Shown: positions 32,155 to 46,356 of the stretch, piece after piece
Numbering within the stretch: position 1 is the stretch's first letter
Layout: every line of letters begins with the position of its first letter
NCBI RefSeq assembly: GCF_030013205.1
Contig: NZ_CP122648.1
DNA: 64,000 bases
Origin: Escherichia coli
Lineage (GTDB): Bacteria; Pseudomonadota; Gammaproteobacteria; Enterobacterales; Enterobacteriaceae
Direction: 5' to 3' (one strand)
Notes under the pieces: generated by a model
Database searches by the model: none
Told to the model about the DNA's origin: nothing
What the model saw: only the letters and a program-made list of their open reading frames with translations
Position numbers and translations under genes: made by a program

Positions 32155-35100
32155 CTAGCTCGCCTGGGAAGGCGCTTCGTCAGTTCCTGGAAGCGTTTCA
32201 GGGAGTTGCGGCGCAAAGCCACGCAGGCCGACGACGTGTACGTGTTCGGTATTCTGGAAGACTTTACGCACCAGTTTATAGGTGGTGCCTTTCTCCGGGC
32301 TGATATTTTCCGGCGCTGCGATGATGAGCTGCATTTGCAAACGCTCACACAATTCAAACAGCGTGGCGATAGAACGAGCATCCAGTCGCGCTGCTTCATC
32401 GAGGAACAGCAGGCGGCAAGGAGAGATATCTTTACCGCGCAGGCGGCGAGATTCATCTTCCCAGCTTTGTACCACCATCACCAGAATCGACATACCGGTA
32501 CCAATCGCCTCACCGGTCGACAATGCACCAGACTCTGCGCGCAACCAGCCATCGGAACCACGGTTAACCTCAACTTCCATTTCCAGATAGTTGCGGTAAT
32601 CCAGCAGTTCTTCGCCAATGGTCTGCGGCGTGCGCTGCCCCATATCAATCTGCGGATTAAGACGCTGATACAATTTCGCCAGCGCTTCCGAGAAGGTCAG
32701 ACGGTTGCTGTTAAACAGATCCTGATGCTGCTCGTGCTGTTCAGAGAGCACATCCAGCAGCATGGCGTGCGTTTCACGTACGTTCACGTTCAGACGTACG
32801 CTGTTTACCTGACCGAACGATACGTTCTGCAAGCCCTGGTTGAGCATACGGATACGGTTTTGCTCGCGCTGAATGGTTTTGCGAATAATGTTCGCCACGC
32901 TGCGGGAACTGATCGCCAGTTTCTGTTCGCGGGAGGTTAACTCTTCGGTCAGACGGCTAAGTTCGATCTCCATCTGTTCGATAGCTTCCACCGGATCATC
33001 GGTACGAATAATATCCTGACGAATACGTTCACGCAGATGCTGATAAACCGCCACGAAGAACTGAATTTTACGTTCCGGACGTTTTGGATCTTCCGACATG
33101 CGCAGCACATCGCGCAGATGTTCGTTATCTGCCACTGCCAGACGCAGCGCACCTAACGCCTTATCCGACATGGAACGCAAATCATCAGCGGAGAGATAAG
33201 CCAGCTCACGACGGTGTAAGCGGCGCTCAACGCCGTTATCTTTCACCATGCGCATGACTGCACACCAGCCCGCTTTCGCGGTCACTACCTGCTCGCGCAT
33301 CTCAAAGTAATCCCGCTCCAGCTTGCGCAGTTTGCGGGTCAGGTTGTCCATCTCTGCTTCGCAGAAGGTAAGCGCTTTTTCCAGTTGATTGCGGCGTGAA
33401 CGGTTATTGCTCAGTTGCGCGTGCAGCTCGTCACGGCGAATACGCGCCCGCTCTTCTGCCCCGCTATCAGCTCGCACGCCGATATCCTGCAATTCACGTT
33501 GCAGATCATTGAGTAGCTCTTTTTTGGTGTCGTAAGAACTTTTCAGCGAAGCCAGCACCTGGTTGTACTGACTCAACTGCGCTGCGTGTCCGCGCAACGC
33601 TTCACGCGCGCGGGTACGCTCCGCTTCCGCCTGTTCCAGACGTTCACGCAGTTTTTCGTTGAGATCGCTGTTACCGCTAAGCATTTCTGCCGAGTCAGAG
33701 TAGCTAAAGTGCGCACGACGCTGCACCACTTCCGTCAGGGCAAACGCCTGCTGACGGGCATCGCGCTGCATCTGCTGAGAGTACGCGTAATCTTCTTTTA
33801 ACTGTTCGAACTGTTCCGGGTCACTCTGCAATACCGAAACGATCGGTTCCAGTTTCGCCAGTTGATTACCGAACTGCTGAACAAAACGCGCGGCTTCCTG
33901 GGCTTCATCCAGACGTTCGCGGATTTCATCGACGCGATCTGCCAGGCTGTCATCAGCCAACAGGTTGAGACGCGGCAGAATGCGGTTCAGCGCCGTAACG
34001 CCCACTTTCGCCTGCTCAAATTGAATACGCTGCTGCTGGTTATCATTTTCATGATTACTCAGCGCCCGCTCCAGTTCGACGCGACGGCTGTTCAGTTGAC
34101 GGATTTCTGCTTCCGGGTTAGACTCAAACGCCACCGCCAGATGACTACCGATAAAGCGGCTGAACGCCTGATGCAGACGCTGGGTTTTCTGTACATCAAA
34201 GGAGAGCGTGGCGAAGCGTTCGGAAAGCACTTCACGCTCGACATGGAGGCTTTCAATACGGCTTTCACGCGCAGCACGACCAAACAGCGGCACTTCCGGG
34301 AAACGTGAATAACGCCACTGACGATCGGCGATTTTCACCACCACCGCTTTTTCCAGCTCATCAACGCTGAACACGCTGTCATCGAATGACTGCGGATCCC
34401 CTTCGATCAGATAGAGATCTTCCGGGCAATCGGTCAAGCCTTCCAGGTGTTCGGTTACCTGTGACAGATCTGGCACCACGATGGCGTGGCGTGACGGGCC
34501 ATACAGCGCCGAGAAGTACGGCGCATCTTCCAGGCTAACGTCGTCATAAATTTCTGACAGCAGCACGCCGCCAAAACGCTCCGCCAGCGCATTCAAACGC
34601 TGGTCTTCAGAACCACCTGGCTGGCTTAAACGTTCGATCTCTTCATCGACGGCGTTTTTGCGCGCGCCTACTTCATCGCGTTCAACAATCGCCTCGCGCT
34701 CACGCTCCAGCAACTGTTGCAGATATTCGGTGACGTCCTGGCTGGAGGAGAACTCTTCGCCGCACTGTTCGCTCAACTGGTTGAGACTGTTTTGCGCAGC
34801 CAGCCAAACCGGCGCACGCTGCATCAAACTCTGAATGCGAGACTGCAGCTGTTCCTGCTCCTGACGCAGTGCCATACGCTCTTCGCGGGCGTTAGACACG
34901 CTATCGGAAAGAGAGGCAATGCGCGCTTCCAGCTCCTGATGCAGAGCTTCCAGTTCATCAATATCAAAATTCTTGCCCTGACGTTTGCAGAAATCTGCCA
35001 GCAGGCGTTCGGCTTCTTGCTGCTCGCGCAGACGCTGTTCCAGTTCGCTTAAGCGCATCCGCAACGGTTGAACCTGCTCTGCCAGGTGACGCTGATCGAC

Positions 35101-36615
35101 CCCTTCGCGCAGCAGTTCGCGAGCGACATCCCACGCCTCGTTACGCGCCAGCGGGCCGTTGATTGCCACCACCAGCTGATAAGCCTGCTCAAACTGGCTG
35201 TGCGCGGTTTGCGCCATGCTCATTTTCTGCTCAAGAGAGAGCATTTTTTCAGTCGCTTCCAGCTCTTTCGCCTGGAAGGTTTCCAGCCATTCGGCGGCGC
35301 TGTCGGCGGTTAAGTCCGGCAGATGGCACAGTTCTTTGGCACGATTAAGCGCAGCAACCGCCTGGTTATACTGGATCGCGCGCGTTTGCTGGACGTCCAG
35401 CGCCTGCTGATAGTCAGCAAGCTGGCTTTTCAGCTCGTCCACTTCCAGTTCGGCAGCTTCCGCACGAGCCTCGTTCTCTTCCTGGCGTTCGATGGCTTCT
35501 GCCACCACTTCGTTTTGCTCTTCCAGACGGATCTGCAGCTCATCGAGATCCGCTTCGTAACGTTCGATCTTCTCCTGCTGACGCAGTGCGGTTTGCACCA
35601 GGTTCAGGTGATCGCTGGCCGCCTGATAATCTGCTTCCAGATCGCCTTCGGCACCGTTGTGCTCTGCCAGCTCACGCGCCATATCGACGTGTTTGTACTG
35701 CTCAGCCGCCAGTTGCTGACGCGAAGTGTGTAGCTCGCGACGAAATTCCAGGGCTTTGTCGAGATGGACACGGCGCTCGTTGGCGTGACGCATGTAGTCC
35801 GCCGCCACGTAGTTGGTGGCTTCGCTGATCAGATGCTTAAACAGGTCACGGTCCGACTGGGTGACACGAATCGCTTCCAGCGTCATGCGGTTTTCGCGCA
35901 GCGCCGCTTCCATGTCCTGGAACGCTTTCCGCACGCCGCTGTTTTCCGGCAACAGGTAGTCGCGCAGAGAGCGCGTAATGGCGCTGGAGATCCCGCCGTA
36001 CAGCGAAGCTTCGATCAGACGATAGAATTTGCTACGGTCAGACGCTGAGCGCAGACGACGCGCGATGATGCCCAGATCGAACATCAGCGAGTGGTAATCG
36101 GTAATGGAGTTGAACTGCTTAAACTGCACGCCTTCCATCGCCTCGAGCTTGTCTTTCAGCTCGTTCAGCGGCAGTACACGCGCCTGGCGTTCGTTGAGGG
36201 TTTCGGTCACCAGCTGCGTCGGCAGCACCGACATCGGCAGGCCCTGAATGGCAAACGGTTTGATATCGACTTTACGATCGCGTCCGGCAACCTGTTGCAA
36301 ACGCACACCGACCACCACACGCTGGTGGCGCGAGTTAATGGTGTCGAGCATCGAATAACAGACACCCGCTTTCAGCTTACCGTGCAGACCTTTATCGCGC
36401 GAACCGCTGGTGGCCCCGGCTTCCGTGGTGTTACGGAAATGCAGCAGGGTCAGGTCGGGGATCAGCGCCGTAACGAACGCCGCCATGGTGGTGGATTTAC
36501 CCGCCCCGTTACCGCCGGAGAGCGTCGTAACCAGCTCATCGAGGTCAAAAGTTCGGGCAAAAAAGCCGTTCCAGTTAATCAGCGTCAGTGAGCGAAATTT
36601 ACCGCGTTCAATCAT
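32155..36615 (-). CDS. mukB: Chromosome partition protein MukB (SMC-like condensin ATPase)
   Basis: 1486-aa [50 protein letters not shown]...; long coiled-coil arms; matches E. coli MukB. Confidence 0.97.
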   Translation of the reverse strand: MIERGKFRSLTLINWNGFFARTFDLDELVTTLSGGNGAGKSTTMAAFVTALIPDLTLLHFRNTTEAGATSGSRDKGLHGKLKAGVCYSMLDTINSRHQRVVVGVRLQQVAGRDRKVDIKPFAIQGLPMSVLPTQLVTETLNERQARVLPLNELKDKLEAMEGVQFKQFNSITDYHSLMFDLGIIARRLRSASDRSKFYRLIEASLYGGISSAITRSLRDYLLPENSGVRKAFQDMEAALRENRMTLEAIRVTQSDRDLFKHLISEATNYVAADYMRHANERRVHLDKALEFRRELHTSRQQLAAEQYKHVDMARELAEHNGAEGDLEADYQAASDHLNLVQTALRQQEKIERYEADLDELQIRLEEQNEVVAEAIERQEENEARAEAAELEVDELKSQLADYQQALDVQQTRAIQYNQAVAALNRAKELCHLPDLTADSAAEWLETFQAKELEATEKMLSLEQKMSMAQTAHSQFEQAYQLVVAINGPLARNEAWDVARELLREGVDQRHLAEQVQPLRMRLSELEQRLREQQEAERLLADFCKRQGKNFDIDELEALHQELEARIASLSDSVSNAREERMALRQEQEQLQSRIQSLMQRAPVWLAAQNSLNQLSEQCGEEFSSSQDVTEYLQQLLEREREAIVERDEVGARKNAVDEEIERLSQPGGSEDQRLNALAERFGGVLLSEIYDDVSLEDAPYFSALYGPSRHAIVVPDLSQVTEHLEGLTDCPEDLYLIEGDPQSFDDSVFSVDELEKAVVVKIADRQWRYSRFPEVPLFGRAARESRIESLHVEREVLSERFATLSFDVQKTQRLHQAFSRFIGSHLAVAFESNPEAEIRQLNSRRVELERALSNHENDNQQQRIQFEQAKVGVTALNRILPRLNLLADDSLADRVDEIRERLDEAQEAARFVQQFGNQLAKLEPIVSVLQSDPEQFEQLKEDYAYSQQMQRDARQQAFALTEVVQRRAHFSYSDSAEMLSGNSDLNEKLRERLEQAEAERTRAREALRGHAAQLSQYNQVLASLKSSYDTKKELLNDLQRELQDIGVRADSGAEERARIRRDELHAQLSNNRSRRNQLEKALTFCEAEMDNLTRKLRKLERDYFEMREQVVTAKAGWCAVMRMVKDNGVERRLHRRELAYLSADDLRSMSDKALGALRLAVADNEHLRDVLRMSEDPKRPERKIQFFVAVYQHLRERIRQDIIRTDDPVEAIEQMEIELSRLTEELTSREQKLAISSRSVANIIRKTIQREQNRIRMLNQGLQNVSFGQVNSVRLNVNVRETHAMLLDVLSEQHEQHQDLFNSNRLTFSEALAKLYQRLNPQIDMGQRTPQTIGEELLDYRNYLEMEVEVNRGSDGWLRAESGALSTGEAIGTGMSILVMVVQSWEDESRRLRGKDISPCRLLFLDEAARLDARSIATLFELCERLQMQLIIAAPENISPEKGTTYKLVRKVFQNTEHVHVVGLRGFAPQLPETLPGTDEAPSQAS

Positions 36616-37319
36616 TATTCTTCCTCTCCGCTATCTGGCTGACTCTCTTCGGTTTCATCGTTGAGTTGCAGATGATTTTCAATCGGCATTGCTTCGCCAT
36701 CACGAATCAGGCGACGCTGTGCTTCACGGGGATCGTCGCCAGCACGCACATCGGCTCCGAAGCGGAACACCGATTCGGTAATGCGGAACTTGCTGCTGTC
36801 GTGGCCCATAAACCACACCATACCCAAACGACGCAGACGGTTGAGCGAAGAACGTACTTTTTCCTGCAACTTCTGGCGGTCAACGTCTGAACCGGTTGAA
36901 CGGTTGTTCACCAGTTTCAGCAGTTTCGCTTCATCGGCCAGGGTGAGCAGTTCGTCGTACAGTTCCTGCTGGGTGAAAATCCCCTCGTTCGCCAGCCGTT
37001 CCGGGCTGAGATAGAGATAACAGAGGATTTTCCCGACCATCATATCCAGTTCCGACAAGACGGAACGAGGGATCAGCGTGGTGGAACGTGGGCGTAAATA
37101 GAAGAACCCTTCCGGTGCACGAATAAGCTCAACGTTATAACGCGCGTAAAACTCTTCCAGATATTCCTGAAAATCCATCAGGAATGCATGATTATCCAGT
37201 TCGTCGAGGCCAATATGGCGGCCTGAACGTAAGGCGCTATCCAGCGCCGGAAATAACGGATTCGCCAGCGCCTGCGCCAGCTTAACCGGCATCACTTGTT
37301 CAATATTTGTCGATGACAT
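36615..37319 (-). CDS. mukE: Chromosome partition protein MukE
   Basis: ORF track 36615..37346 (243 aa); annotated E. coli MukE start [16 protein letters not shown]... corresponds to ATG at 37319 (234 aa); the stop shares one base with mukB ATG; start choice (37319 vs 37346) uncertain. Confidence 0.88.
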
Positions 37320-38622
37320 GCGCCTGTACCTTGGCTCCGTAATCATTAATCGGCTGCCATTTCGCTGGCAGTCCGGTGAAATCTGCTTGCGCTACGCCAA
37401 GACGTACCGCCTGATCAATAACAATGCGCGCAACGTCAAAGTGACGTGCACGCGGATACTGTGACAGATATTCGCGTACCACCAGACCAAGATCCAGCGG
37501 CACTTGTCTGGTTTTGTACACGGCGAGTTGTTCTTCGATGATCGCCGCCAACTGTTCGCGGATCTCGTTAAACTCTTCGTACTCCAGATCCTCAGGAAGT
37601 TCTCCTGTCACTTCTTCATCGCGCAGAGCCATCTCTTCGTCACGCATATCCAACAGACGATCGGCATTGGCATAAGTTAGCGCCCACGGCTCATCAAAAT
37701 AGGTTTGTACCGACTGACGTAACCGCTGAGCAAAGACGCGGTTTTTATCCATATCGATCGCAGTACGAATAAATTTGTGTACGTGGCGGTCGTAGCCAAT
37801 CCACAAATCGATGGATTGCTGGCCCCAGCTGATAATACGGTCAAGTTTGCTCTGCAGATCGAATACCAGACGATCGACAAAATGCAGATCGTCATGGGTC
37901 ATCGTCGCATCCTGAATGCGTAACAGGTTGGCCTGCAATTTATCGCCTGCCGCTTCCAGCGTATCCTGCAATTCACGCAGCGTGCCGGAAGTTTCTGAAA
38001 GCAACAATTCACAGCTGGAAATCGCCGCCCGCCAGTCTTTGTTCAACAACTGGGCGATATCATCCTTCACCTGCTGCTGCTGTTCATCCATCAGACGTTG
38101 CGTCAGGTCGATACTGTCGAAAATTTCTGCTACCGAATATTTCAGTGGCGCATAAACATTACGGTGCCAGTGAAATTCATCACCGCCCTCTTCGGCGGCA
38201 TCTGCTGCGCGTTTGAGCTCACCCGCCACAATCGACAATTGCATAGAAAGGCGCAGCGTAGAAAACTCGCGCTGACGAATGTAATAGTCAGTGATGCCAA
38301 TGCCGAGCGGCGTCAGACGGTAAATTGCGTTCCCTTCCGCCTGCTCGCTGGTAAAGCGGTTCAGCAGACGTTGACGCACCATGTCGTTGATCGCGTTGTT
38401 GGCGCGCACGCCGATGGTTTCGCTGGTTTGCTCAAACGCATCACTCACATGGCGGAATGCATCCACCAGCTCGCCTTCACTCATCTCACCATCCAGACGC
38501 TCGCCGTTCAGCGTGGCAACCGCCAGCAGAAAAGAGAGTCGGTCTACCGGCAGCGAGATGGAGAAGTCATTTTTTCTGGCCCAGGCAACCAGTTCGGGGA
38601 CTGTCTGGGAAAATTCACTCAT
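37300..38622 (-). CDS. mukF: Chromosome partition protein MukF (kleisin)
   Basis: 440-aa [59 protein letters not shown]...; matches E. coli MukF. Confidence 0.96.
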
Positions 38623-39404
38623 ACTTTATCCTTGCTCTGCGGTTTGCGCGCGGTGACATGAATATAACGCCCCAGGGTAATATACGGTTCCTGACGGCAA
38701 TAACGCGTTTCTAATTCAAGTAATGCTTCATAGCAGTCGCGCTGCTGGTGCTTCTCGCGCAGATAATCATGAAACACGCGAACGCCTGTCTTACCCATAA
38801 TTTGCCAACCAGCTTCTTCCAGCCACAGATAAACCTGCGCCGGGTCGCGTGGATAATCTGGCGAAAGCGTCCGTTTTTTCTTTTTCGGCATTCCCGCCTG
38901 CACGTAATCAAAATTCCCGGCGACCATGTTATGCATCAGCAAGCCGTGCGCATTGTAGAACATTAACGACAACACACCGCCTGGACGCAACACTGACCAC
39001 AGGGTCTGTAATACGCTGCGGGGATCGGCCACCCACTCGAGCACCGCATGGAACAATATCAGATCAACGGGCGTTTCCAAATGCGAAGCAACATCCTGAG
39101 CGGCGCAATGTATAAATTGCATGTTGTCGCTCACACCTTTTGCTTCTGCCGCCTGTTTTGCGCGGTCGATCATCTGCGCAGAAAGATCGCATAAAATGAC
39201 CTGATGCCCGCGCTCAGCCATTTTGATTGCGGTCTGCCCTTCTCCACCGCCAGCATCCAGCACACGCAGTTTTTGCGGGCCCATTTCCGCCAGCACGCGA
39301 TCGAGATCCTGCCACAGAATAGCCTGTCGAAGCTGCCCTTTGGTGGTGCCGTAAATGTTACGGGAAAACTTTTCCGCAATATCATCAAAATTGCGATCCT
39401 GCAT
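38619..39404 (-). CDS. cmoM: tRNA 5-carboxymethoxyuridine methyltransferase CmoM (SmtA), SAM-dependent
   Basis: ORF track 38619..39416 trimmed to ATG at 39404 ([24 protein letters not shown]...); 261 aa; SAM motif VLDAGGGEG; 4-bp overlap with mukF start (smtA-mukFEB operon). Confidence 0.92.
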
Positions 39405-39539
39405 TGCTTTCTCCACCGGTTGGCTAAGACGTTTTCTGATAAAGACGCTATTTTGTCACAGCCACGGCGAGAATGAACCCGTCTGGTGTAATATCGCTGG
39501 CGATCCCTTGCTATATGGTTAAAAAAGGAACCAGAAAGG

Positions 39540-40319
39540 ATGCTTTTTACACTGAAAAAAGTGATTGGCAATATGTTGCTGCCACTTCCGCTAATGTTGT
39601 TGATTATTGGCGCTGGCCTGGCGCTGCTGTGGTTTAGCCGTTTTCAAAAAACCGGGAAGATTTTTATTAGCATTGGGTGGCTGGCGCTCTTGTTATTGAG
39701 TTTGCAACCGGTAGCCGACCGCCTGCTGCGTCCCATCGAAAGCACCTATCCGACATGGAATAATTCGCAAAAAGTGGACTATATCGTGGTGCTCGGAGGT
39801 GGTTATACCTGGAACCCGCAGTGGGCACCAAGCTCGAATTTAATCAATAACAGTCTGCCCCGCCTGAATGAAGGTATTCGCTTATGGCGCGAAAATCCGG
39901 GATCAAAACTGATCTTCACGGGAGGCGTAGCAAAAACCAATACGGTGAGTACAGCCGAAGTAGGTGCCCGAGTTGCGCAATCGCTGGGCGTGCCGCGCGA
40001 GCAAATTATCACTCTGGATTTGCCAAAAGATACCGAAGAAGAAGCTGCGGCAGTGAAACAGGCAATTGGTGACGCCCCTTTCCTGCTGGTGACATCCGCG
40101 TCTCATTTGCCGCGGGCGATGATCTTTTTTCAGCAGGAAGGGTTAAATCCGCTGCCAGCCCCGGCGAATCAGTTGGCCATCGACTCGCCGCTTAACCCGT
40201 GGGAACGGGCAATCCCTTCTCCAGTCTGGTTGATGCATAGCGATCGTGTTGGCTATGAAACGCTTGGCCGCATCTGGCAGTGGCTAAAAAGTTCGTCAGG
40301 CGAGCCACGGCAAGAGTGA
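39540..40319 (+). CDS. elyC: Envelope biogenesis factor ElyC (YcbC), DUF218 membrane protein
   Basis: 259-aa ORF MLFTLKKVIGNMLLPLPLMLLIIGAGLALLWFSRFQ...; matches E. coli ElyC. Confidence 0.92.
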   Translation: MLFTLKKVIGNMLLPLPLMLLIIGAGLALLWFSRFQKTGKIFISIGWLALLLLSLQPVADRLLRPIESTYPTWNNSQKVDYIVVLGGGYTWNPQWAPSSNLINNSLPRLNEGIRLWRENPGSKLIFTGGVAKTNTVSTAEVGARVAQSLGVPREQIITLDLPKDTEEEAAAVKQAIGDAPFLLVTSASHLPRAMIFFQQEGLNPLPAPANQLAIDSPLNPWERAIPSPVWLMHSDRVGYETLGRIWQWLKSSSGEPRQE

Positions 40320-41189
40320 TTTTGATGCCAGATCGAAGTTGCGCCGACTAAATCGTCCGGTATTAACCAGTTGCGCAACTTCATCCCATAACACATACAA
40401 CCAACGCCGCCAGATGAACGACTCCGCCACTGGCGCGCGTTGCAGGTAACTCCAGAGCAAATCTTCCGCCAGAGAATTATCCATTAGTCGGAACAGTTCG
40501 TATTCTCGCGGTGCCCAAAGCATTAGTCCCGGCCCGACCATCGCCAGTAACTGATCGCTGCGCGAATCTTTCAGCATGCTGCGTAAACAGAAGTTACCGT
40601 GAATCAGCACACAATTGTCGTTAAAGCCTTCAAATAATGCCGGGAGACATTCGCGAGTACGAAACAGGATCCGCTTATCCTGCATCGTTAGACCGGTGTT
40701 ATTGAACTGATTGAGCGTGGTCCATAGCACTTCAACATGTTGCCGGTACCATGAGGGCCAGAAATTTTCCTGAGTATTGTCGACCGCGCCGACGCAACCG
40801 CGACTGTCCTGACGGTGCCAGGCCAGTAAGGCTTCAACGATTTGGTCTTTGAGTTGTTCCCAGCGTTCTGGTGTTCGGGCTGGTGCCTCCACCGAAACAC
40901 CACGCATCCGCTCCAGTAGCAGGACATCGGGGCCGGGGTGTTCTTCATGCGTCATCACACCATAAATAGTCGGCATACGGACAGTTCCACTTCTTGCCAG
41001 CATGGTGGTTTTCCATGCCAGTTGTCGGGCTTTTCCGGGCGTACTAAAGCTTCTTGCCATTAACGGCATTGGGTTTCCCTGGCTGTCATACAAAGCCCAC
41101 AACGCCGTATCCGCTTTTTCATTGACGCACTCAATACGACTGAGTTTTTCGCCCAGTAAATGGCTTAATTCGGCACGCAGCTGTTCCAT
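40296..41189 (-). CDS. ycbJ: Protein kinase-like / phosphotransferase-fold protein YcbJ
   Basis: 297-aa ORF MEQLRAELSHLLGEKLSRIECVNEKADTALWALYDSQGNPMPLMARSF...; matches E. coli YcbJ; 3' end overlaps elyC 3' end (convergent). Confidence 0.9.
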   Translation of the reverse strand: MEQLRAELSHLLGEKLSRIECVNEKADTALWALYDSQGNPMPLMARSFSTPGKARQLAWKTTMLARSGTVRMPTIYGVMTHEEHPGPDVLLLERMRGVSVEAPARTPERWEQLKDQIVEALLAWHRQDSRGCVGAVDNTQENFWPSWYRQHVEVLWTTLNQFNNTGLTMQDKRILFRTRECLPALFEGFNDNCVLIHGNFCLRSMLKDSRSDQLLAMVGPGLMLWAPREYELFRLMDNSLAEDLLWSYLQRAPVAESFIWRRWLYVLWDEVAQLVNTGRFSRRNFDLASKSLLPWLA

Positions 41190-41342
41190 TCAGATTACCC
41201 TCATAAAAGCTACTGCTTTCATAATGAGCGCCAATATAAAAGATGTCACCTGAATGAGATCAATTGTTGAAAAGAAAAATTGAGGAAAATCGTAACGGTA
41301 CGACACTCCTCCCAAAATTGGCTGGAGTGTCGTGAAGTGAAA

Positions 41343-42268
<926 letters not shown>

Positions 42269-42319
42269 AGTTCCTCCAGATGGATCGGGTTATGAATGCA
42301 TAAATCTTATCATAATCAT

Positions 42320-43552
42320 TTATGCGACGGGGTCTATTTCCCAGCCAGTGCGGCAATCAGTAAAGAGACCTTGCGGGCAGCGTCCTAATGTCACTCGCGT
42401 TGCCTGCTGCCAGCTCGCGAAATCAGTAATCGCCTGACGTAACCCTTTTTGCAGCATTGTCGTTGGTTTAATGCCTTCCTGTAACCACAGAGAGATAACT
42501 TCAAGGATGCCTGTCTGGCGATGCATTTTGGCATCCATTCGCCCAACTAATTGCCCACGATGTAATAACGGCAGAACAAAATAGCCATACTGGCGTTTCG
42601 GCGCTGGGGTATAGCACTCCAGCCGGTAGCTAAAATCAAAAAGCTGCTCTGCGCGTTTGCGATCCCAGACAACAGGATCAAAAGGCGAAAGTACCGCGCT
42701 GTGCGTTGCAGTGAGCTTTCCGGCCAGCGCACGCTCGAGTAGCGGCAGCAAATCAGCATGCAGCCAAAGATTGCCCAATTTTTCAACATGCACAGCAATG
42801 ATTTGCTGCTGTTCAGCCCTCGCTTCGCGCCACGCCGCCAGTGCCGGACGTTTCAGTCGATAGTAATCTGCCAACCACTGTTCGCGGAATATGCCCAGGC
42901 TACGCGCACTGTTATCCAGCATGATGATTTCTGCTTCTGTTTGCGAAACGAGATCGCGCTCATCATCCCAGTCAGGCATGACACGATGGGTTAAATCATA
43001 AACGCGCTGGAAGTTGCGCCGTTCAATCACCATCACTTTCCCGGCTGTAAATAAACCTTCCAGATGCCGTTTATGCGGCTTCCATTCCCACCAGCCGCTT
43101 GCACCTTTACGAGGATGCTCAAAATCGGCTGAACGTACCGGCCCCTTATCATGAATATGCTGAATTAACTGTGCAATTTCCGCCGCATGTTCCTGCATCC
43201 AGGCGTTTTTGTATTTCCAGCCCATTTTTTCAGGTGCCAGCATGCGGTGGCGAATAAGACGAAAGTCGCTACGCGGCATAAAGCAGGCTTCATGCGCCCA
43301 GTATTCCATTAATTCGCCACGCGCCAGAGACTCATCCAGCCACTGCGCAGGATAATTTCCCAGACGACTGAAAAGCACCAGATATGGGCTACGGGCAACA
43401 ATATTGATGATATCGATTTGCAGCAAGGACATGCGGGAGATCGTTGCCGGAATATCCTCCAACGATGCTCGACGGCGGGGTTTGTTTAACAGGCCTTGCG
43501 CGGCAAGGTGAAGATTACGCGCATCAGCAAGGGAGATGTGCGGCAGCGACAT
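42320..43552 (-). CDS. ycaQ: Winged-helix DNA glycosylase-like protein YcaQ
   Basis: 410-aa ORF MSLPHISLADARNLHLAAQGLLNKPRRRASLEDIPATISRMSLLQIDIINIVARS...; matches E. coli YcaQ. Confidence 0.92.
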   Translation of the reverse strand: MSLPHISLADARNLHLAAQGLLNKPRRRASLEDIPATISRMSLLQIDIINIVARSPYLVLFSRLGNYPAQWLDESLARGELMEYWAHEACFMPRSDFRLIRHRMLAPEKMGWKYKNAWMQEHAAEIAQLIQHIHDKGPVRSADFEHPRKGASGWWEWKPHKRHLEGLFTAGKVMVIERRNFQRVYDLTHRVMPDWDDERDLVSQTEAEIIMLDNSARSLGIFREQWLADYYRLKRPALAAWREARAEQQQIIAVHVEKLGNLWLHADLLPLLERALAGKLTATHSAVLSPFDPVVWDRKRAEQLFDFSYRLECYTPAPKRQYGYFVLPLLHRGQLVGRMDAKMHRQTGILEVISLWLQEGIKPTTMLQKGLRQAITDFASWQQATRVTLGRCPQGLFTDCRTGWEIDPVA

Positions 43553-43588
43553 TCATGACTCCATCAATCGAACGCTGCCGCGGCGTAA

Positions 43589-44575
43589 CTAGTTGCCAGA
43601 AGCCAGCGAGGTTAGTTGCGCAAGCAGTTTCGCTGGTTCATCACCTAAAAGCTGTGCGTCAACAGGCAAATACCACCAATTTCCTTCGGCAAAGGCCAAG
43701 CATTTCACCGCATCTTTTTCAGTCATTACCAGCGTTTGCCCGGCGCTTACCAACGCGCTAACATCCGCATGGTTCAAAGACTGATGATCGGCCAGCGGTA
43801 CACATTTTTCCGGTTGTACGCCGCACATCTTCAGCGTGGCAAAAAAGCGCGGCGGATGTCCAATCCCCGCCATCGCCACTACATGTTCAAGCTGAGCAAC
43901 GTCACAACGCATACCGGTACGTAAATTCACCGCCTGACCCGGCAGCAGATGCATGGGGATTTCACCGCTGCGTGGGACACCGCCGTTGACGATTACCGCA
44001 TCAACCGACTTTAAGCGCCCCGCTCGCTCACGCATTGGCCCCGCCGGCAACCACCAGCCATTGCCAAAGCGACGCACACCATCAACAACGACAATTTCCA
44101 CATCACGCGCCAGACGGTAATGCTGTAAACCGTCGTCGGTTACGATGATCTGCACATCAGGGTGTTGCGCCAGAATGGCTTTTACCGCATCAGAACGCAC
44201 GGGAGAAACCGCAACGGGCGCGCCAGTGCGTTGATAAATCAACACAGGTTCATCACCCGCCTGTGCTGTGGTGGTATCTGCCGACAATAACAGCGGATAA
44301 GATTCAGCCTTACCACCATATCCCCGCGATACTACCCCCACGCGAATACCGCGCTGTTGCAGCTGTTCCACCAGCCAGACAACGACCGGGGTTTTTCCAT
44401 TGCCGCCTGCGGTGAGATTACCAACCACGACAACCGGTACGGGGGCACGCCAGGCGCGCTTCAGTTTTAGTTTATAGCAAAGACGGATCGCGCCACTCAC
44501 CAGGCCATACAACCAGGAGAGTGGCAGCAATAGCCGCCACAAAGGGGATTCACCAGACCAGATTTTTTCGATCAT
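43589..44575 (-). CDS. lpxK: Tetraacyldisaccharide 4'-kinase (lipid A)
   Basis: 328-aa [35 protein letters not shown]... with P-loop [12 protein letters not shown]; matches E. coli LpxK. Confidence 0.96.
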   Translation of the reverse strand: MIEKIWSGESPLWRLLLPLSWLYGLVSGAIRLCYKLKLKRAWRAPVPVVVVGNLTAGGNGKTPVVVWLVEQLQQRGIRVGVVSRGYGGKAESYPLLLSADTTTAQAGDEPVLIYQRTGAPVAVSPVRSDAVKAILAQHPDVQIIVTDDGLQHYRLARDVEIVVVDGVRRFGNGWWLPAGPMRERAGRLKSVDAVIVNGGVPRSGEIPMHLLPGQAVNLRTGMRCDVAQLEHVVAMAGIGHPPRFFATLKMCGVQPEKCVPLADHQSLNHADVSALVSAGQTLVMTEKDAVKCLAFAEGNWWYLPVDAQLLGDEPAKLLAQLTSLASGN

Positions 44576-46320
44576 TGGCCAAACTGCATTTTGTGAAGTT
44601 GCGCGTAAACGCCACGGTGCTCAAGCAAATCGTTATGCGTACCGCGTTCCACAATGACACCATCCTCGACGACCACGATTTCGTCTGCCTTTTCAATGGT
44701 AGACAAGCGGTGGGCAATCACCAGAGAGGTACGGTTTTTCTGCAACTCATCCAATGCCGCCTGAATCGCACGTTCAGATTCGGTATCCAGCGCCGAGGTA
44801 GCTTCGTCCAGAATCAGAATCGGGCTATCACACAACAAGGCTCGAGCGATGGCAATACGCTGACGCTGACCGCCAGAGAGCAGCACGCCGTTTTCACCAA
44901 TCACTGTATCGAGACCGTTATCCATCTTATTGATGAAGTCCATGGCGTAGGCCATACGCGCCGCTTCTTCAATTTGCTCACGGCTGTACTGTTCAGTCCG
45001 TGCGTAAGCAATGTTGTTAGCAACAGTATCGTTAAACAAATGGACATTCTGCGACACCAGAGCAACCTGGTTACGTAACGACGCCAGGGTATACTCGCGC
45101 AGATCGTGACCATCCATCAGGATTTCGCCTTCATCAATATCGTAAAAACGCGTGATCAGGCTGGCGATGGTTGATTTACCCGAACCAGAGCGTCCAACCA
45201 GAGCAACCGTCTTCCCTGCCGGAATTTTCAGGTTGATGTTACGCAATGCGGGTACGTCACGTCCCGGATAAGTAAAGGTGACATTGCGGAATTCCACGTC
45301 GCCAGTCGCACGCTCGATCACGCGCTTACCTTCGTCTTTCTCCTGCTCACTGTCCAGAATGGTAAACAGCGTCTGACAAGCCGCCATACCGCGCTGGAAC
45401 TGGGCGTTAACGTTGGTCAGCGATTTCAGTGGACGCATCAGTGCAATCATTGAAGAGAAAACAACGGTAATCGTACCGGCAGTCAGGTTATCCATAACAC
45501 TTGGGAAGCTCGCCGCATACAGAACAAACGCCAGCGCCAAAGAGGCGATCAGCTGAATGATCGGATCAGAGATGGAAGAGGCTGAAACCATTTTCATCCC
45601 CTGAAGACGCATTCGGTTACTGACTTTATCGAAGCGTTTCGTTTCCACTTCCTGACCACCGAAAATCAATACTTCTTTGTGGCCCTTCAGCATTTGTTCT
45701 GCGCTGGTGGTCACCTGCCCCATGGTGTTCTGCATGTTTTTACTGATGTTACGAAAACGCTTCGATACAACGCGAATCGCAATCGAAACAATCGGTGCCA
45801 GCACAATCAAAATGATCGACAGTTGCCAGCTGTAATAGAACATCATGATGAACAGGCCGATGATCGACGCACCTTCACGCACAACAGTAATCAGTGCGCC
45901 GGAAGAAGAAGAAGCAACCTGTTCGGAATCGTAGGTGATACGTGACAACAGCGTACCCGTTGACTGTTTGTCAAAAAATGAAACAGGCATTCCCATCATG
46001 TGACCAAACAGGCGGCGACGCATGGTCATTACCACCTTTCCTGATACCCAGGAGATACAGTAGCTGGAGACATAGCTGGTGATACCACGTAAAATCATTA
46101 GCCCGATCACCACCAGCGGCATCCACACCAGCACGGAGCGATCTGTTTTACCAAAGCCATCATCAAGAAGTGGCTTAAGGAGCGATAACATGAAGGTATC
46201 GCTGGCTGCGTTGAGGATTAACGCTACGCCCGCCACGATCAGACCCGCTTTAAAAGGCGCAATGGTTGGCCACAGTCGGCGGAATGTCTGCCACGTAGAG
46301 AGATCTTTGTCGTTATGCAT
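44572..46320 (-). CDS. msbA: Lipid A export ABC transporter (flippase) MsbA
   Basis: 582-aa [44 protein letters not shown]...; Walker [13 protein letters not shown] signature LSGGQRQR; 4-bp overlap with lpxK start. Confidence 0.97.
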   Translation of the reverse strand: MHNDKDLSTWQTFRRLWPTIAPFKAGLIVAGVALILNAASDTFMLSLLKPLLDDGFGKTDRSVLVWMPLVVIGLMILRGITSYVSSYCISWVSGKVVMTMRRRLFGHMMGMPVSFFDKQSTGTLLSRITYDSEQVASSSSGALITVVREGASIIGLFIMMFYYSWQLSIILIVLAPIVSIAIRVVSKRFRNISKNMQNTMGQVTTSAEQMLKGHKEVLIFGGQEVETKRFDKVSNRMRLQGMKMVSASSISDPIIQLIASLALAFVLYAASFPSVMDNLTAGTITVVFSSMIALMRPLKSLTNVNAQFQRGMAACQTLFTILDSEQEKDEGKRVIERATGDVEFRNVTFTYPGRDVPALRNINLKIPAGKTVALVGRSGSGKSTIASLITRFYDIDEGEILMDGHDLREYTLASLRNQVALVSQNVHLFNDTVANNIAYARTEQYSREQIEEAARMAYAMDFINKMDNGLDTVIGENGVLLSGGQRQRIAIARALLCDSPILILDEATSALDTESERAIQAALDELQKNRTSLVIAHRLSTIEKADEIVVVEDGVIVERGTHNDLLEHRGVYAQLHKMQFGQ

Positions 46321-46356
46321 TCAAAAAACCAGCATTTGTTGAAATAGCCGCATATT